This document shows positions 17,735 through 27,869 of a stretch of DNA of 64,000 nt, piece by piece. This DNA comes from a bacterium (lineage in GTDB: Bacteria; Patescibacteriota; Microgenomatia; Daviesbacterales; UBA10151), in the NCBI GenBank assembly GCA_021786315.1, contig JAJYNN010000002.1, positions 334,997-398,996 of the forward strand, written 5' to 3'. How positions within the stretch are numbered: the stretch's first letter is position 1; every line of letters starts with the position of its first letter. The notes beneath the pieces were generated by a model, which saw nothing but the letters and a program-made list of their open reading frames with translations, was not told the origin of the DNA and ran no database searches. A program made the translations under genes and the position numbers.

Positions 17735-18340
17735 ATGCCCAAAGTCAGAAGCCTGTCGGAGTTTTTTCCGGGGCTGGAAAACATTCCGATTGAAAACATA
17801 ATTACCCATATCGGCGGTAAAGTTAACCCGACACTTTTGGGAAATAACCTTTGTAATCGTATTATTTATTCCCAAACTGTTCCCACAAATAATGCTGAGC
17901 TGGTGATGGATCTGGCCATTTTAAAAGAGGCTTTAAAAATGCATCCCGGGGAGTATTACAACCAAAACAACCGGAGCATCCTCATACCGCAAGAGTTTTT
18001 GGAACGTTTTCCCGATATTCCGGCAACAGTTCGGGTTTTTATTGATATTTTTGCGGCTCCGGGAATTACCTTTATCTTTTTGAAGGGTGTAGAGTCTAAC
18101 CCTAAAAGTTTAGGGACAGTACTTATCCCCAGTTACACCAAAGACTCGGCAGTTTCCCTGACCCTAGCGGACAAGACTTATGAAATTAAGGCCGGCGAAA
18201 TTAAGATTATCCCGGCTCCGACTTTGCGGGCTGATATTAAATTCTCTTCTAAAAATGCCGCGCTTCTGGGCAAACATGAGTTAACTACCGAGGTTGTTGG
18301 TGGTGAATTTGGTATAGCTGTTGATATGCAAAAAGCATGA
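17735..18340 (+). CDS. hypothetical protein
   Basis: 201 aa, tightly linked to next gene (4-nt overlap). Confidence 0.4.
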   Translation: MPKVRSLSEFFPGLENIPIENIITHIGGKVNPTLLGNNLCNRIIYSQTVPTNNAELVMDLAILKEALKMHPGEYYNQNNRSILIPQEFLERFPDIPATVRVFIDIFAAPGITFIFLKGVESNPKSLGTVLIPSYTKDSAVSLTLADKTYEIKAGEIKIIPAPTLRADIKFSSKNAALLGKHELTTEVVGGEFGIAVDMQKA

Positions 18341-19476
18341 ACAAAATATCAATTACTAACAGGGTCAGGGTTTTGGAAAATGTTGTTATTCACGTTAAGC
18401 GGAGCGTGCCCGTTTCCGGAGGGAAGATTTTGGTGCATATTGGGGATGAGGTTTCCCCTTGGGATATTTTAGGCGAAGGGCAATCGACAACCGGTTTTAG
18501 GGTCTTCCACCTGGCCCAGGAATTAAAAGTTAGTCCAAAGGATGTAATAAAGTTTCTAAAACGCCAAGTCGGGCACAATATTTACAGCGGGGAACTTTTG
18601 GCCGAAAAGCCCGGAACTTGGGGATTTGGTAAAAAAACTATCCTGGCCCCGGTTGACGGAATTGTTGATTTTTATGATGAACACAACGGGGATTTACGGC
18701 TCAAACTTTTGCCCAGGCTTTTAAAGACAGCCAGTGGGGTGTTTGGAATCGTCGATAAAGTGGACGTCACCCGTGGAGAGGTGACTCTCAGGACTATGGC
18801 TAGCGTAGTTTATGGAATCTTTGGTTCCGGGAAAGAGAGGGAAGGGGTAATCAAAGTTTTAGGGAACCCCGGGGAATTAGTAGGTACGAGACACCTGACG
18901 GCTGATTTTACGGGCAAGATTATGGTGGGAGGCGGACTTATTATGAAAGAAGCTTTGGAAAAGGCCCGGGCTATTGGAGTTGCGGGGATCATTAGCGGCG
19001 GGGTTAATGCGGAGGATTATAAGGCAACTGCGGGAGGTGAGTGGTTTCCGGTGAGGAAGCGGTGGTCGGATATTGGTTTGACTTTAATTATCACTGAGGG
19101 TTACGGTGCAGTTCCGGTTGGGGAGGATATCTTCACTATTTTGAAAAGGTTTGACGGTAAGTATGCCTTAGTGGACGGTAACCAAGCCAAAATCATATTG
19201 CCAAGTTTCTCTGAGAACTGTATGATAGATATTCGTAAAGTGAAGCTGCCGATGGGAACGGAGGTAGAGCCAAGTTCTTTGCAAAAGACCACGGAACTTA
19301 ATATTGGTCTTGCGGTAAGAATTGTCTCTCCGACATTTCTTGGGGTTCAGGGTGTGGTTGAAGCGGTAGACAACACGCCCACCAAGCTTCCTTCCGGGAT
19401 TAATACCTTCCTGGTCACGGTTGAGACTAAAAACCAGAAGTTAAGAGTCCCTTTTGAGAATCTAGAGGTTATTTAA
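18337..19476 (+). CDS. hypothetical protein
   Basis: 379 aa; overlaps neighbours' start/stop codons (operon-like). Confidence 0.4.
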   Translation: MNKISITNRVRVLENVVIHVKRSVPVSGGKILVHIGDEVSPWDILGEGQSTTGFRVFHLAQELKVSPKDVIKFLKRQVGHNIYSGELLAEKPGTWGFGKKTILAPVDGIVDFYDEHNGDLRLKLLPRLLKTASGVFGIVDKVDVTRGEVTLRTMASVVYGIFGSGKEREGVIKVLGNPGELVGTRHLTADFTGKIMVGGGLIMKEALEKARAIGVAGIISGGVNAEDYKATAGGEWFPVRKRWSDIGLTLIITEGYGAVPVGEDIFTILKRFDGKYALVDGNQAKIILPSFSENCMIDIRKVKLPMGTEVEPSSLQKTTELNIGLAVRIVSPTFLGVQGVVEAVDNTPTKLPSGINTFLVTVETKNQKLRVPFENLEVI

Positions 19477-20726
19477 TGAATAAACTTTCGTCTATTTTCC
19501 GGAATTTGAGCGTTGGTTTTGTTGCAATTGTTATTTTAGCTTTTGTTTTAGGGTGGCAGGCGGGACACCGGGACTACCAGGTATCCGTAAAAAACTACAA
19601 GCCCTCTTTTAAAGTCACCAACCAGCTTCCTTCCGACCAATCCCAAAATATCGACTTCAAGCTTTTCTGGGAAACCTGGAACTTGGTGTCCTCCAAATAT
19701 ATCGATAAAAAAGCTTTAGACCCTCAGAAACTCTATTTTGGGGCGATTCAGGGAATGGTGGCGGCAATCGGCGATCCTTATACGGTTTTCTTGCCCCCGC
19801 AAGCCCAAAAAGCAACCAAAGAGCAGTTAGGCGGGTCGTTTGAGGGGGTTGGTATCCAGTTGGGGTACAACAAGGATAAGAGGCTGGTGGTTATGGCGCC
19901 GCTGAAAAATACTCCTGCAGACAAAGCCGGAGTCAAGGCCGGGGATTTGATTCTCCAAATTAACGGCAAGGATACAACTAACCTCTCACTACCTGAAGCG
20001 GTCAACCAAATCCGTGGCCCCAAAGGCACAATCGTTGACCTTTTAATGTTTCGGGAAAATGACGGTAAGCCCTGGGATGTAAAACTGATCCGGGATACGA
20101 TCATCGTTAAAAGTGTGGAATATGAAGCCAAGACTACCCCTGCCGGCAAAAAGATTGCTTACATCAGCATTTCCAGTTTCGGGGAAAAGACCCGGGATGA
20201 GTGGGACGAGGCTGTAAGCCAGGCATTATCTGATGCCCCCCAGGGAGTAGTTGTTGATGTCCGGAACAACCCCGGAGGGTACCTGGATGCGGCAGTTTAT
20301 ATTGCTTCGGAGTTTATCGGTAGCGGTAATGTAGTACTACAGGAAGATGCTTTGGGAAACCGGCAGGAACAACCGGTAGTCAGGGAGGGCAAGATGTTGA
20401 AATTGCCTTTGGTGGTGTTAATTAATAAAGGCTCAGCTTCGGCCTCGGAGATCTTATCCGGGGCGATCCAGGACCACAAACGGGGCAAGCTGGTCGGAGA
20501 GCAATCGTTCGGTAAAGGAACTATCCAAACCACGGAGGACTTGGACCAGGGTACGGGTATCCATATCACTACGGCCAAGTGGCTGACTCCCGACGGCAGG
20601 TGGATCCACACAATAGGGCTGACACCGGATGTTAAGGTAGAGATCACTGCTGACATGAAACTTAGCCCGGGTGAGGACCCCCAGCTTCAAAAAGCGCTTG
20701 AGTTGTTTGACAAAGGTGAGATATAA
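19476..20726 (+). CDS. ctpA: C-terminal processing (tail-specific) peptidase, S41 family, with PDZ domain
   Basis: N-terminal TM; PDZ 'GVKAGDLILQINGKDT'; S41 'INKGSASASEILSGAIQDHKRGKLVGEQSFGKG'. Confidence 0.85.
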   Translation: MNKLSSIFRNLSVGFVAIVILAFVLGWQAGHRDYQVSVKNYKPSFKVTNQLPSDQSQNIDFKLFWETWNLVSSKYIDKKALDPQKLYFGAIQGMVAAIGDPYTVFLPPQAQKATKEQLGGSFEGVGIQLGYNKDKRLVVMAPLKNTPADKAGVKAGDLILQINGKDTTNLSLPEAVNQIRGPKGTIVDLLMFRENDGKPWDVKLIRDTIIVKSVEYEAKTTPAGKKIAYISISSFGEKTRDEWDEAVSQALSDAPQGVVVDVRNNPGGYLDAAVYIASEFIGSGNVVLQEDALGNRQEQPVVREGKMLKLPLVVLINKGSASASEILSGAIQDHKRGKLVGEQSFGKGTIQTTEDLDQGTGIHITTAKWLTPDGRWIHTIGLTPDVKVEITADMKLSPGEDPQLQKALELFDKGEI

Positions 20727-20737
20727 TTGCAAAAGAA

Positions 20738-21865
20738 ATGGACCAAAGACTGCCAAAGTTCTTTCCCAACCTTTCCACTTTACTGATAGTTATTATAGTT
20801 GGCGCTTTAGTGGGGGTAGGCACCTATCAGCTTTCCGTTCGGGGATATTTACCAATTAAAAATCTTCCCCAAGTTTCCGTCCCCGAACAAAGGACCCAAA
20901 CTATCCTTTCCGAAGAAAATGCGGTGATTAAGGTTGTAGATAAGGCTTCCCCGTCAGTGGTGGCAATTGGAGCCACCCAAAAAGTTTTTGACCCTTTTGA
21001 CCCCTTTGCTGCCCCGCAAAACCAAAGCAGCACTATTGGGACCGGTTTTATTGTTTCAGATAAAGGGATTATTGTTACCAATAAGCACGTTGTTGCTGAT
21101 CCCAACACCCGGTACACGGTTATTACCCGTGACGGGAAGAAATACGAGATCAGGAAAATTTACCGCGACCCGGTCTTGGATTTGGCTATTGTCCAAATAG
21201 ACGGGGGAGGATTACCGACAGTAGATATGGGGGATTCTTCCAAATTGAAAGTTGGACAGACTGTAGTGGCTATCGGTAATGCATTGGGAAGGTTTACCAA
21301 TACTGTTACCACCGGTATTGTTTCCGGGCTTGGCAGAAGCGTAACAGCGGGGGATCCTTATTCCGGGTCGGCAGAGAGTTTAGATGATTTGGTCCAAACA
21401 GATGCTGCCATTAACCCGGGCAATTCCGGAGGGCCGCTTCTAAATTCTGCCGGACAGGTTATTGGGGTCAATGTGGCGACCACCGAAGGCGCCCAAAACA
21501 TTGGTTTTGCCGTACCGATTAACTCTGTTAAAAAGATTGTCGATGAATTTATCCAGAGAGGATCGGTTTCCCGGCCTTTCTTAGGGGTCAGGTATAAATT
21601 CGTGGCTAAAGATTTGGCTATTTTAAATGATGTTCCCCAGGGGGATTATGTCCAGGATGTCTTAAAAGATTCGGCGGCAGATAAGGCAGGACTCAAAGAC
21701 GGGGACATCATTACTAAGGTTGACGGGCAAGTGGTGAATTCAGACTCAACAATCTCTGGAATTATTCAGAATAAGAAAATTGGGGATACTTTAAATTTGA
21801 GTGTGTGGAATGACGGAAAAGAAAGACAGCTGACAGCTACTTTGCAGGAGCTTCCTAACCAATAA
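20738..21865 (+). CDS. htrA: HtrA/DegP-family serine protease (trypsin domain plus PDZ)
   Basis: 'GTGFIVSDKGIIVTNKHVV', 'INPGNSGGPLLNSAGQVIGVN'; C-terminal PDZ. Confidence 0.85.
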   Translation: MDQRLPKFFPNLSTLLIVIIVGALVGVGTYQLSVRGYLPIKNLPQVSVPEQRTQTILSEENAVIKVVDKASPSVVAIGATQKVFDPFDPFAAPQNQSSTIGTGFIVSDKGIIVTNKHVVADPNTRYTVITRDGKKYEIRKIYRDPVLDLAIVQIDGGGLPTVDMGDSSKLKVGQTVVAIGNALGRFTNTVTTGIVSGLGRSVTAGDPYSGSAESLDDLVQTDAAINPGNSGGPLLNSAGQVIGVNVATTEGAQNIGFAVPINSVKKIVDEFIQRGSVSRPFLGVRYKFVAKDLAILNDVPQGDYVQDVLKDSAADKAGLKDGDIITKVDGQVVNSDSTISGIIQNKKIGDTLNLSVWNDGKERQLTATLQELPNQ

Positions 21866-21895
21866 ATTGCCGGGATTTTAGGCAATTATCCCACG

Positions 21896-22255
21896 ATGCT
21901 AGACAATGAAGAACTCATGCACAGAATTCACCAGGTCGGACAGAAAATTAGTGATGCAGCGACTTTAGAAGAGCTTTATTATTTTCAGGATGGCAATGCC
22001 CCGAAGGAGTGGATTAATTTAATGACTGCAGGTTTGTCCCAAACAGAGAAGGCTTTAATCAAGACTAATCTGGGCGTTATACGGAAAGCATTCCGGGTTG
22101 ATTTACCTTTAGGGTGGTTTCGGGAATTGGGCGTGGAGGGGTTGATGGATTTGCGGATTAACCGGCTGACACTGGCGGGGGCCAGGTTTTTTACCCGCAG
22201 TTTTCAAAAAGGAGAGTGGCCTGTTGAAGAAAAGGAACGACTAACTGACCGTTAA
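21896..22255 (+). CDS. hypothetical protein
   Basis: 119 aa; no motif. Confidence 0.35.
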   Translation: MLDNEELMHRIHQVGQKISDAATLEELYYFQDGNAPKEWINLMTAGLSQTEKALIKTNLGVIRKAFRVDLPLGWFRELGVEGLMDLRINRLTLAGARFFTRSFQKGEWPVEEKERLTDR

Positions 22256-22927
22256 GATCCTTTGTAAGTGAGCCAGATCTTTTTTGACTTCCACCGAGGC
22301 ATTGGGAAAATATTTTTGGGCCTCGAAGGCTGCCAGTTCTCCGTGGGTGTAATCAATTTCCCCTAGGATTAGTTTTGGTTTTAAACCTCTTTCGTTGATT
22401 TGGGTAAACAATTTTCTGTAAAGCTCAAAGCCGTCTTCACCGCCATCCAAAGCCACATGTGGTTCGAAGTCCTTAACGGAGGAATCCAGGTAATTGATCC
22501 TTTCTGTGGGGATGTAGGGAAGGTTGGTAACAATAATCAGATTTTCAGAATGTCGGAGTGTCGGAATATCAGATAGGAGGTTGCTGTGAATAAAAGTGAT
22601 TTTGTTTTCTACTCCGTGGAATTTGGCATTTTGCCTGGCCACATCCAAAGCTTTTTCGGAAACATCGGTGGCAATAACCTTAACATTGGGGGCATTTTTA
22701 GCCAGGGAAATGGCAATATTTCCTGTCCCAGTTCCAATATCCAATACAGTGACCTGATTTTGGGATTTGGCAAAATCCAAGACAGCGTCCACCAAAAGTT
22801 CCGTTTCCGGGCGGGGGATTAAGGCATCAGGAGTAACCTTGAATCTTAATTTATAGAACTCAACAAAACCTTTTATGTATTGATCAGGTTTAGAATTTTT
22901 ATCTGGCATATAATTTTCAATTAACAA
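22241..22927 (-). CDS. prmC: release-factor glutamine N5-methyltransferase (PrmC/HemK family), short form
   Basis: SAM motif 'VLDIGTGTGNIAISLA', 'TNLPYIP' (NPPY-like); immediately downstream of prfA. Confidence 0.75.
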   Translation of the reverse strand: MLIENYMPDKNSKPDQYIKGFVEFYKLRFKVTPDALIPRPETELLVDAVLDFAKSQNQVTVLDIGTGTGNIAISLAKNAPNVKVIATDVSEKALDVARQNAKFHGVENKITFIHSNLLSDIPTLRHSENLIIVTNLPYIPTERINYLDSSVKDFEPHVALDGGEDGFELYRKLFTQINERGLKPKLILGEIDYTHGELAAFEAQKYFPNASVEVKKDLAHLQRILTVS

Positions 22928-23025
22928 GTACCAATTTACAATGAATTTTCAAAAACTCAATGACCAAAAGTTTAAAAGTTTGAACATTGTAATTTATTTG
23001 AAAATTGTAAATTTAAAATTGGAAA

Positions 23026-23964
23026 TTATTTTTCTTGGTCTGCCTCCTGCAAGGCCTTAAAAACCGGTTCCATGCCGCCTTCCATAATAGTTTCCAGGTT
23101 GTACCAGGACTTGCCGATCCGGTGGTCCGTTAGCCGATTTTGGGGAAAATTATAAGTCCTGATTTTTTCGCTGCGGTCACCCATGCCGACCATACTCTTT
23201 CTGGCATCAGTAATCGAGCCAAACCTCTCCCGTTCCTCAATTTCCCAAAGTTTGGCCCGAAGGAGGGCCATGGCGTTTTCCCGGTTTTGCAACTGTGACC
23301 GTTCTGTCTGGCAGGTTACCACAATACCTGTAGGGATATGTTTTAACCTCACTGCAGTATTAACTTTATTGACATTTTGGCCTCCGGCCCCGCCAGACCG
23401 AAAAGCCTCAAACTCCACATCAGCCGGGTTGATATAGACCTCAGCTTCCGGGATTTGGGGAAGCACGGCTACGGTCGCAGTAGAAGTATGGACCCTTCCC
23501 TGGGATTCGGTTTCCGGAACCCTTTGCACCCGGTGGACACCGGATTCATACCTTAAGGCGCTAAAAGCGCCCTTGCCGGTAAACTTCATGGTGATCTCCT
23601 TAATCTGGCCGATTTTGCCCTCAGAACGGTCCAATTCCTCCATTTTCCAGCCCTGGTTGGCCGCATAGCGGGTGTACATCCGGAGTAAATCCCCGGCAAA
23701 AAGCCCGGCTTCATCACCGCCGGCAGCTGATCTTATTTCCATGATGGCAATATTGGGATTGATGTCAGAGTCGTCTGATGAATCTGATTCATCAGACGTA
23801 TCCATCGAGGTTGCAGCTGATTCCTGTAACTCTATCTTTTGCTGTTCCAGATCAGCAATTTCTGCTTTGGCCAGTTCGGCCAAGGTCGGGTCAGCAAGCA
23901 TCCCTTTTGCCTCCTCGATCTTTTTATCAATTTCGGCAATTTGTTGCTCAAGATAATCGTTCAT
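23026..23964 (-). CDS. prfA: peptide chain release factor 1, with acidic Ser/Asp-rich insertion
   Basis: GGQ motif '[27 protein letters not shown]', RF1-type '[17 protein letters not shown]' (PET in place of PAT/PVT). Confidence 0.9.
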   Translation of the reverse strand: MNDYLEQQIAEIDKKIEEAKGMLADPTLAELAKAEIADLEQQKIELQESAATSMDTSDESDSSDDSDINPNIAIMEIRSAAGGDEAGLFAGDLLRMYTRYAANQGWKMEELDRSEGKIGQIKEITMKFTGKGAFSALRYESGVHRVQRVPETESQGRVHTSTATVAVLPQIPEAEVYINPADVEFEAFRSGGAGGQNVNKVNTAVRLKHIPTGIVVTCQTERSQLQNRENAMALLRAKLWEIEERERFGSITDARKSMVGMGDRSEKIRTYNFPQNRLTDHRIGKSWYNLETIMEGGMEPVFKALQEADQEK

Positions 23965-24014
23965 ATGAGTATTATACCTCCCTCGTTAGGCAAAGACCGG
24001 GGAGTGGCGAGTAT

Positions 24015-24341
24015 CTAAGAAGCGGCGTTCTTTCGGGCGGCAAGAAGCAGGTCTTTCAAGGATGGTTTATCGCCTTTTTCGGTTTTAACTTTAGCCGCCC
24101 GGGCCTCCATGATTTTAGCCCTTTCAGCTTGTTTTTCCTGGGCAATCTGTTGTTTCTTGCCGAATTTTTCAACCTGGCCTTGGGTATCGACAAACTTTTG
24201 CTGTCCGGTAAAGAAAGGATGGCAGGCAGCGCAAATTTCCACCCGGATATTTTCCTGGGTGGAACCGGTGGTGAAGGCGTTCCCGCAAACACAGGTTACC
24301 TTGGCGTTTTTGTAATATGTAGGATGAACATTAGCTTTCAT
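24015..24341 (-). CDS. rpmE: 50S ribosomal protein L31 with Lys-rich C-terminal extension
   Basis: '[15 protein letters not shown]...[10 protein letters not shown]' Zn-ribbon L31. Confidence 0.9.
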   Translation of the reverse strand: MKANVHPTYYKNAKVTCVCGNAFTTGSTQENIRVEICAACHPFFTGQQKFVDTQGQVEKFGKKQQIAQEKQAERAKIMEARAAKVKTEKGDKPSLKDLLLAARKNAAS

Positions 24342-24504
24342 AACCCGAGCATTATACCAAGAATAGATTGATCCTACAACCCTGCCTTTGTGAAGATAAT
24401 AATTTTCAAATATTTAAGCATTGAGAATTTATTGTAAATTTAAAATTGTAAATTGGAAATTTTAGTGCCGGTGGGCCTTAAGACTGTTAGGTCGCAAGGC
24501 GCAT

Positions 24505-25443
24505 TTAGTGTCTGTGCGCCTTATGGTATTTATGGGACTCTTTGGCCAGGGTGGTCCAGTAGGACCCCAGGCCGACAAGGATCGCCCCAATAATGAAGGT
24601 AAACCGCATCTGTTCACCCAGGATTGCCACCCCAAGAGTAATGGCTACCAGGGGCTCCAGATATTGGAACAGGTCGGCCTTAACTATTCCCAACTTCGAG
24701 AGTCCCCACTCAAAAAGGAAGTAAGCCGAGACGGAGGAGGCGATAGCGCTAAACAGCAGGCCGAAAAGCCCGATATACGTGACCTGGTGCACCCAGCCGG
24801 GATTTTTCAGGTATTCCGTTAAGGCGGGTACGGCAAAGGATAAAATTCCCACCAAAAAGATCATGGATGTCACGGTCAAAGTGGAATATTTTTGCAGCAG
24901 GCCTTTGGAAAGGCCGGCACCCGCTACCCAGGCGGCGGAGGCCAGGATAATTAAAATATTACCGATTAAGGCATTGGAGATGGGCTGTAAACCCAGGGCA
25001 AAATAGGGCACCCCAATGACTAATATTGCCCCAATTAACCCTAAAACGATCCCGATTAAGTTCACGGTATAGATCTTTTCCCTTAAAAACCACCAGCCGG
25101 CCAAAACCGAGAGCATCGGGATAACCATGGTTAGAACTGAGGCGGAGGTGACAGTGGTCCTTTGCATCCCGGTGTAAAAGAGGCCAATGTTCAGGGTAAC
25201 CATGAAAATGCCGACGGCAAAAAGTTTGGGCAGGTCTTCCCGGGCAAGCTTTGACTTTTTCTTCTCGGTTAAGATAAAAGGAAGAAGGAAGAGGATAGCC
25301 AGGATAAAACGCAGGAAAGCCAAAGACATCGGCGGAAATTCCTGCAGGGCCAGCTTGGCTACGACAAAGTTAATCCCCCAAATGGTGTGGGCCAGGACAA
25401 TGGCAAAATACGGCCAACTCTTTTTGAAGACATCGGATGCCAT
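24505..25443 (-). CDS. EamA/DMT-superfamily transporter
   Basis: 10 TM helices, duplicated EamA-like halves. Confidence 0.7.
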   Translation of the reverse strand: MASDVFKKSWPYFAIVLAHTIWGINFVVAKLALQEFPPMSLAFLRFILAILFLLPFILTEKKKSKLAREDLPKLFAVGIFMVTLNIGLFYTGMQRTTVTSASVLTMVIPMLSVLAGWWFLREKIYTVNLIGIVLGLIGAILVIGVPYFALGLQPISNALIGNILIILASAAWVAGAGLSKGLLQKYSTLTVTSMIFLVGILSFAVPALTEYLKNPGWVHQVTYIGLFGLLFSAIASSVSAYFLFEWGLSKLGIVKADLFQYLEPLVAITLGVAILGEQMRFTFIIGAILVGLGSYWTTLAKESHKYHKAHRH

Positions 25444-25472
25444 AATGTGAATTAAGAGTTATGAATTCAGAA

Positions 25473-25838
25473 TTAAGAATTATTCTTAGATTTTCTGATA
25501 ATCGTAACCAGTATTCTTATTATTTCATCATTCTCTTTGAGAAGTAAACCGAGCTCTTTTGAGTTAGTCAGTTTTGCCCTGGAAATTAAAGTTAACCAAT
25601 AATAAGTTTCCCTTGCCTCTTTTAATGCAACATTTAAAGAGTGGGTGAAGTCTTTTTTAGAGTGGGCACTTTGAGCTTCTTGAACATTAGCTCCGATTGA
25701 TGTTCCAGATCTGACAATTTGGGAAGCAATTGCATAACCAGCAGGTGTTTTAGGAAGGCTATTGACTAAGACGATAACTTCAATTGCAAACTCGATTGTT
25801 CTATCTGTGATATCAATTCTTAATTCATTATTCTGCAT
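25473..25838 (-). CDS. four-helix-bundle protein (23S rRNA IVS protein family, TIGR02436-like), free-standing
   Basis: 'IVRSGTSIGANVQEAQSAHSKKDFTHSLNVALKEARETYYWL'; 5' end overlaps hisS stop by 11 nt; AAGAATT repeats at both ends. Confidence 0.8.
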   Translation of the reverse strand: MQNNELRIDITDRTIEFAIEVIVLVNSLPKTPAGYAIASQIVRSGTSIGANVQEAQSAHSKKDFTHSLNVALKEARETYYWLTLISRAKLTNSKELGLLLKENDEIIRILVTIIRKSKNNS

Positions 25839-27030
25839 TCTGAATTCGATTTATCGCTTCATCAAGGGTGGCAGTTTGCTGGGTTTTGTTACTGAGGTCT
25901 TTTAAGGTAGCGGCGCCGTTTTCGGCTTCCTCCGGACCGATAATCACTACATAAGGTATCCCTTTTTGGTCGGCATACTTTAATTGTTTTTCCAGCCTGG
26001 TTTCAGGATCAAGCCAGATTTCCGAGTTTATCTTTTTTGAGCGAAGGGCTTCTAATACCTCAAGAGAATTATTGGCGAGCGCTGGGGAAAAGACGGTCAC
26101 TAAAACCTTGGCGGAAGATTTGAGGTTGGGAAGCAGTCCTTGGGATTCCAAAACTTCAACTGTCCGGTCAAACCCTAAGCCAAAACCTACGGCGGGGTAA
26201 TCAGTACCTGAGAAACTGCCGATCATCTTATCCCACCGACCGCCGCTGCAGATTGAGCCGGTGCTTCCCTCGGCAACAGTCTCAAAGATCATCCCTGTGT
26301 AATAATCCAAACCCCGGGCGAGGGTCGGCTCGTATTTCACTTTATTGGTATCTGCTCCCAGCTTTTCTAAAAGTTCAACAATTTGTTTGAGATTTTCGCT
26401 CATGGGGGTTTCCTGAAGTTTCTTTAAAGCTACTTTGGCATCCTCTTCGGCCATGCCTTTTTGGACCATCTCCGCCAAAACTTCGCTTTCACCGATCTTT
26501 TCCAGCTTATCAATGGCAGAAACGTATTTTTTGTCTAAACCCTCAAAATTTGCCCGGTCATTAACTTTAATGGTGACATTTAGTCCTAAGTTTTGGTAGA
26601 TGCCGAGAACCAAATTGAGAATTTCCGCATCAGCCAGGGGGGAGGAGGAACCGACAATATCGGCATCGCATTGCAAAAATTCCCTGTATCGGCCCCTTTG
26701 GGTATTTTCACCGCGGAAAACCGATTGGATTTGGTACCTTTTGAATGGTTTGGGAAGTTCGGGGTATTGAGCAATGACTCGGGCTAAAGGGACAGTTTGG
26801 TCATACCTTAAAGCTACCTCATCACCGCCTTTGGTTTGAAACTCATAAATCAGCTTTTCCTCCTCGCCGTATTTACCCTTTAAGACTTCGGCAAATTCCA
26901 AAGACGGGGTTTCCAGAGGCTCAAAGCCTAAAAGGCGGAAAGACTCCTTAATTTTGCCCAGCACATACTCCCGGGCGTTAGCCTGGTCTGGTAAGAGATC
27001 CCGGAAACCTTTTGGTGTAGCTGTTTTCAT
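25828..27030 (-). CDS. hisS: histidine--tRNA ligase
   Basis: class II aaRS HisRS pattern 'KGFRDLLP', 'RYDQTVPLAR', 'FRGENTQRGRYREFLQCD', C-terminal anticodon-binding domain. Confidence 0.9.
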   Translation of the reverse strand: MKTATPKGFRDLLPDQANAREYVLGKIKESFRLLGFEPLETPSLEFAEVLKGKYGEEEKLIYEFQTKGGDEVALRYDQTVPLARVIAQYPELPKPFKRYQIQSVFRGENTQRGRYREFLQCDADIVGSSSPLADAEILNLVLGIYQNLGLNVTIKVNDRANFEGLDKKYVSAIDKLEKIGESEVLAEMVQKGMAEEDAKVALKKLQETPMSENLKQIVELLEKLGADTNKVKYEPTLARGLDYYTGMIFETVAEGSTGSICSGGRWDKMIGSFSGTDYPAVGFGLGFDRTVEVLESQGLLPNLKSSAKVLVTVFSPALANNSLEVLEALRSKKINSEIWLDPETRLEKQLKYADQKGIPYVVIIGPEEAENGAATLKDLSNKTQQTATLDEAINRIQNAE

Positions 27031-27278
27031 CCTCTAGCTATTATCGCACAGGGTGTATCTGATTTACAATTATGGCCTATAATTTAGAGTTTTCGAGAAT
27101 TTAGAGGCTTTTTAAAAAGACTCATAATAAGTTGATTTTGAGGCAAAAAAGTTGTAGTATTGAACTGCAAAAAGGGCAAGCGGGGGTTGTTCACAACCCG
27201 AAGCGTGTTTAATTTGCTTACTTATATTTGCACATTAAATAATTTACAGATTTTAGGTTAGAAGGAGAAGGACTTGGG

Positions 27279-27665
27279 ATGAAAACTTGGAAAGTTGCTT
27301 TGGTGTTGGCGCTTATGTGGCTGGTGGCCGGAATTGTTCAATGGCAGGAAACTGGTATGTCCATGATTTTGGATATCCTCCTGATCATTGGGGCAGCAGT
27401 AGGGTTAATCTACATCCTGGTTAATGTAACAATGATGGCCTATTCCATTATGGAGAAGCCGAGAGGCTTTGTCGACTTGTCCCAAATGTTCTATCTGGCT
27501 TGTGGGGTAGTGGTGTCAGCGGTTGTTTTTACCTATGGTTTTGCAGTGATCCACAGCCGTGTGGGTTTAGGAGGCGAGATGGGTATTGATATTGCATTGG
27601 CCATCATTATTCTGGCTGGTGAATTTCATAACCGGCGGACACAGTCACTTCAGGAAGAAGGTTAA
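27279..27665 (+). CDS. hypothetical membrane protein
   Basis: strong SD AGGAGAAGGA; 4 TM helices. Confidence 0.45.
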   Translation: MKTWKVALVLALMWLVAGIVQWQETGMSMILDILLIIGAAVGLIYILVNVTMMAYSIMEKPRGFVDLSQMFYLACGVVVSAVVFTYGFAVIHSRVGLGGEMGIDIALAIIILAGEFHNRRTQSLQEEG

Positions 27666-27769
27666 GGAGGAGTCTGTAAATGAAATGGTAGTGATCAAGG
27701 AAAGCTAGTGTTGAGGCTAGTGGGGAGGATGCAAAGGCGCGTCCAACCGGCCGGCAACGATGCTGGTCT

Positions 27770-27802
27770 TTTTTCTTTCAGCCGGAGGCCTAAAAACCCT
27801 CC
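27770..27802 (+). terminator. rho-independent terminator
   Basis: stem AGCCGGAGG/CCTCCGGCT plus TTTTT; preceded by a second GC hairpin plus T-tract (27730-27767). Confidence 0.55.
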
Positions 27803-27869
27803 GGCTTTTTCGTGGAAAACCCCAATTCTTGCCAAAATAAAACTTTCCGTTGTATATTAAATAAACTCT

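Noticed and set aside
23183-24371. Plus-strand ORFs overlapping prfA and rpmE (23183..23437, 23672..23956, 23778..24371, 24109..24315)
   Set aside because: They are antisense to well-supported release factor and L31 genes.
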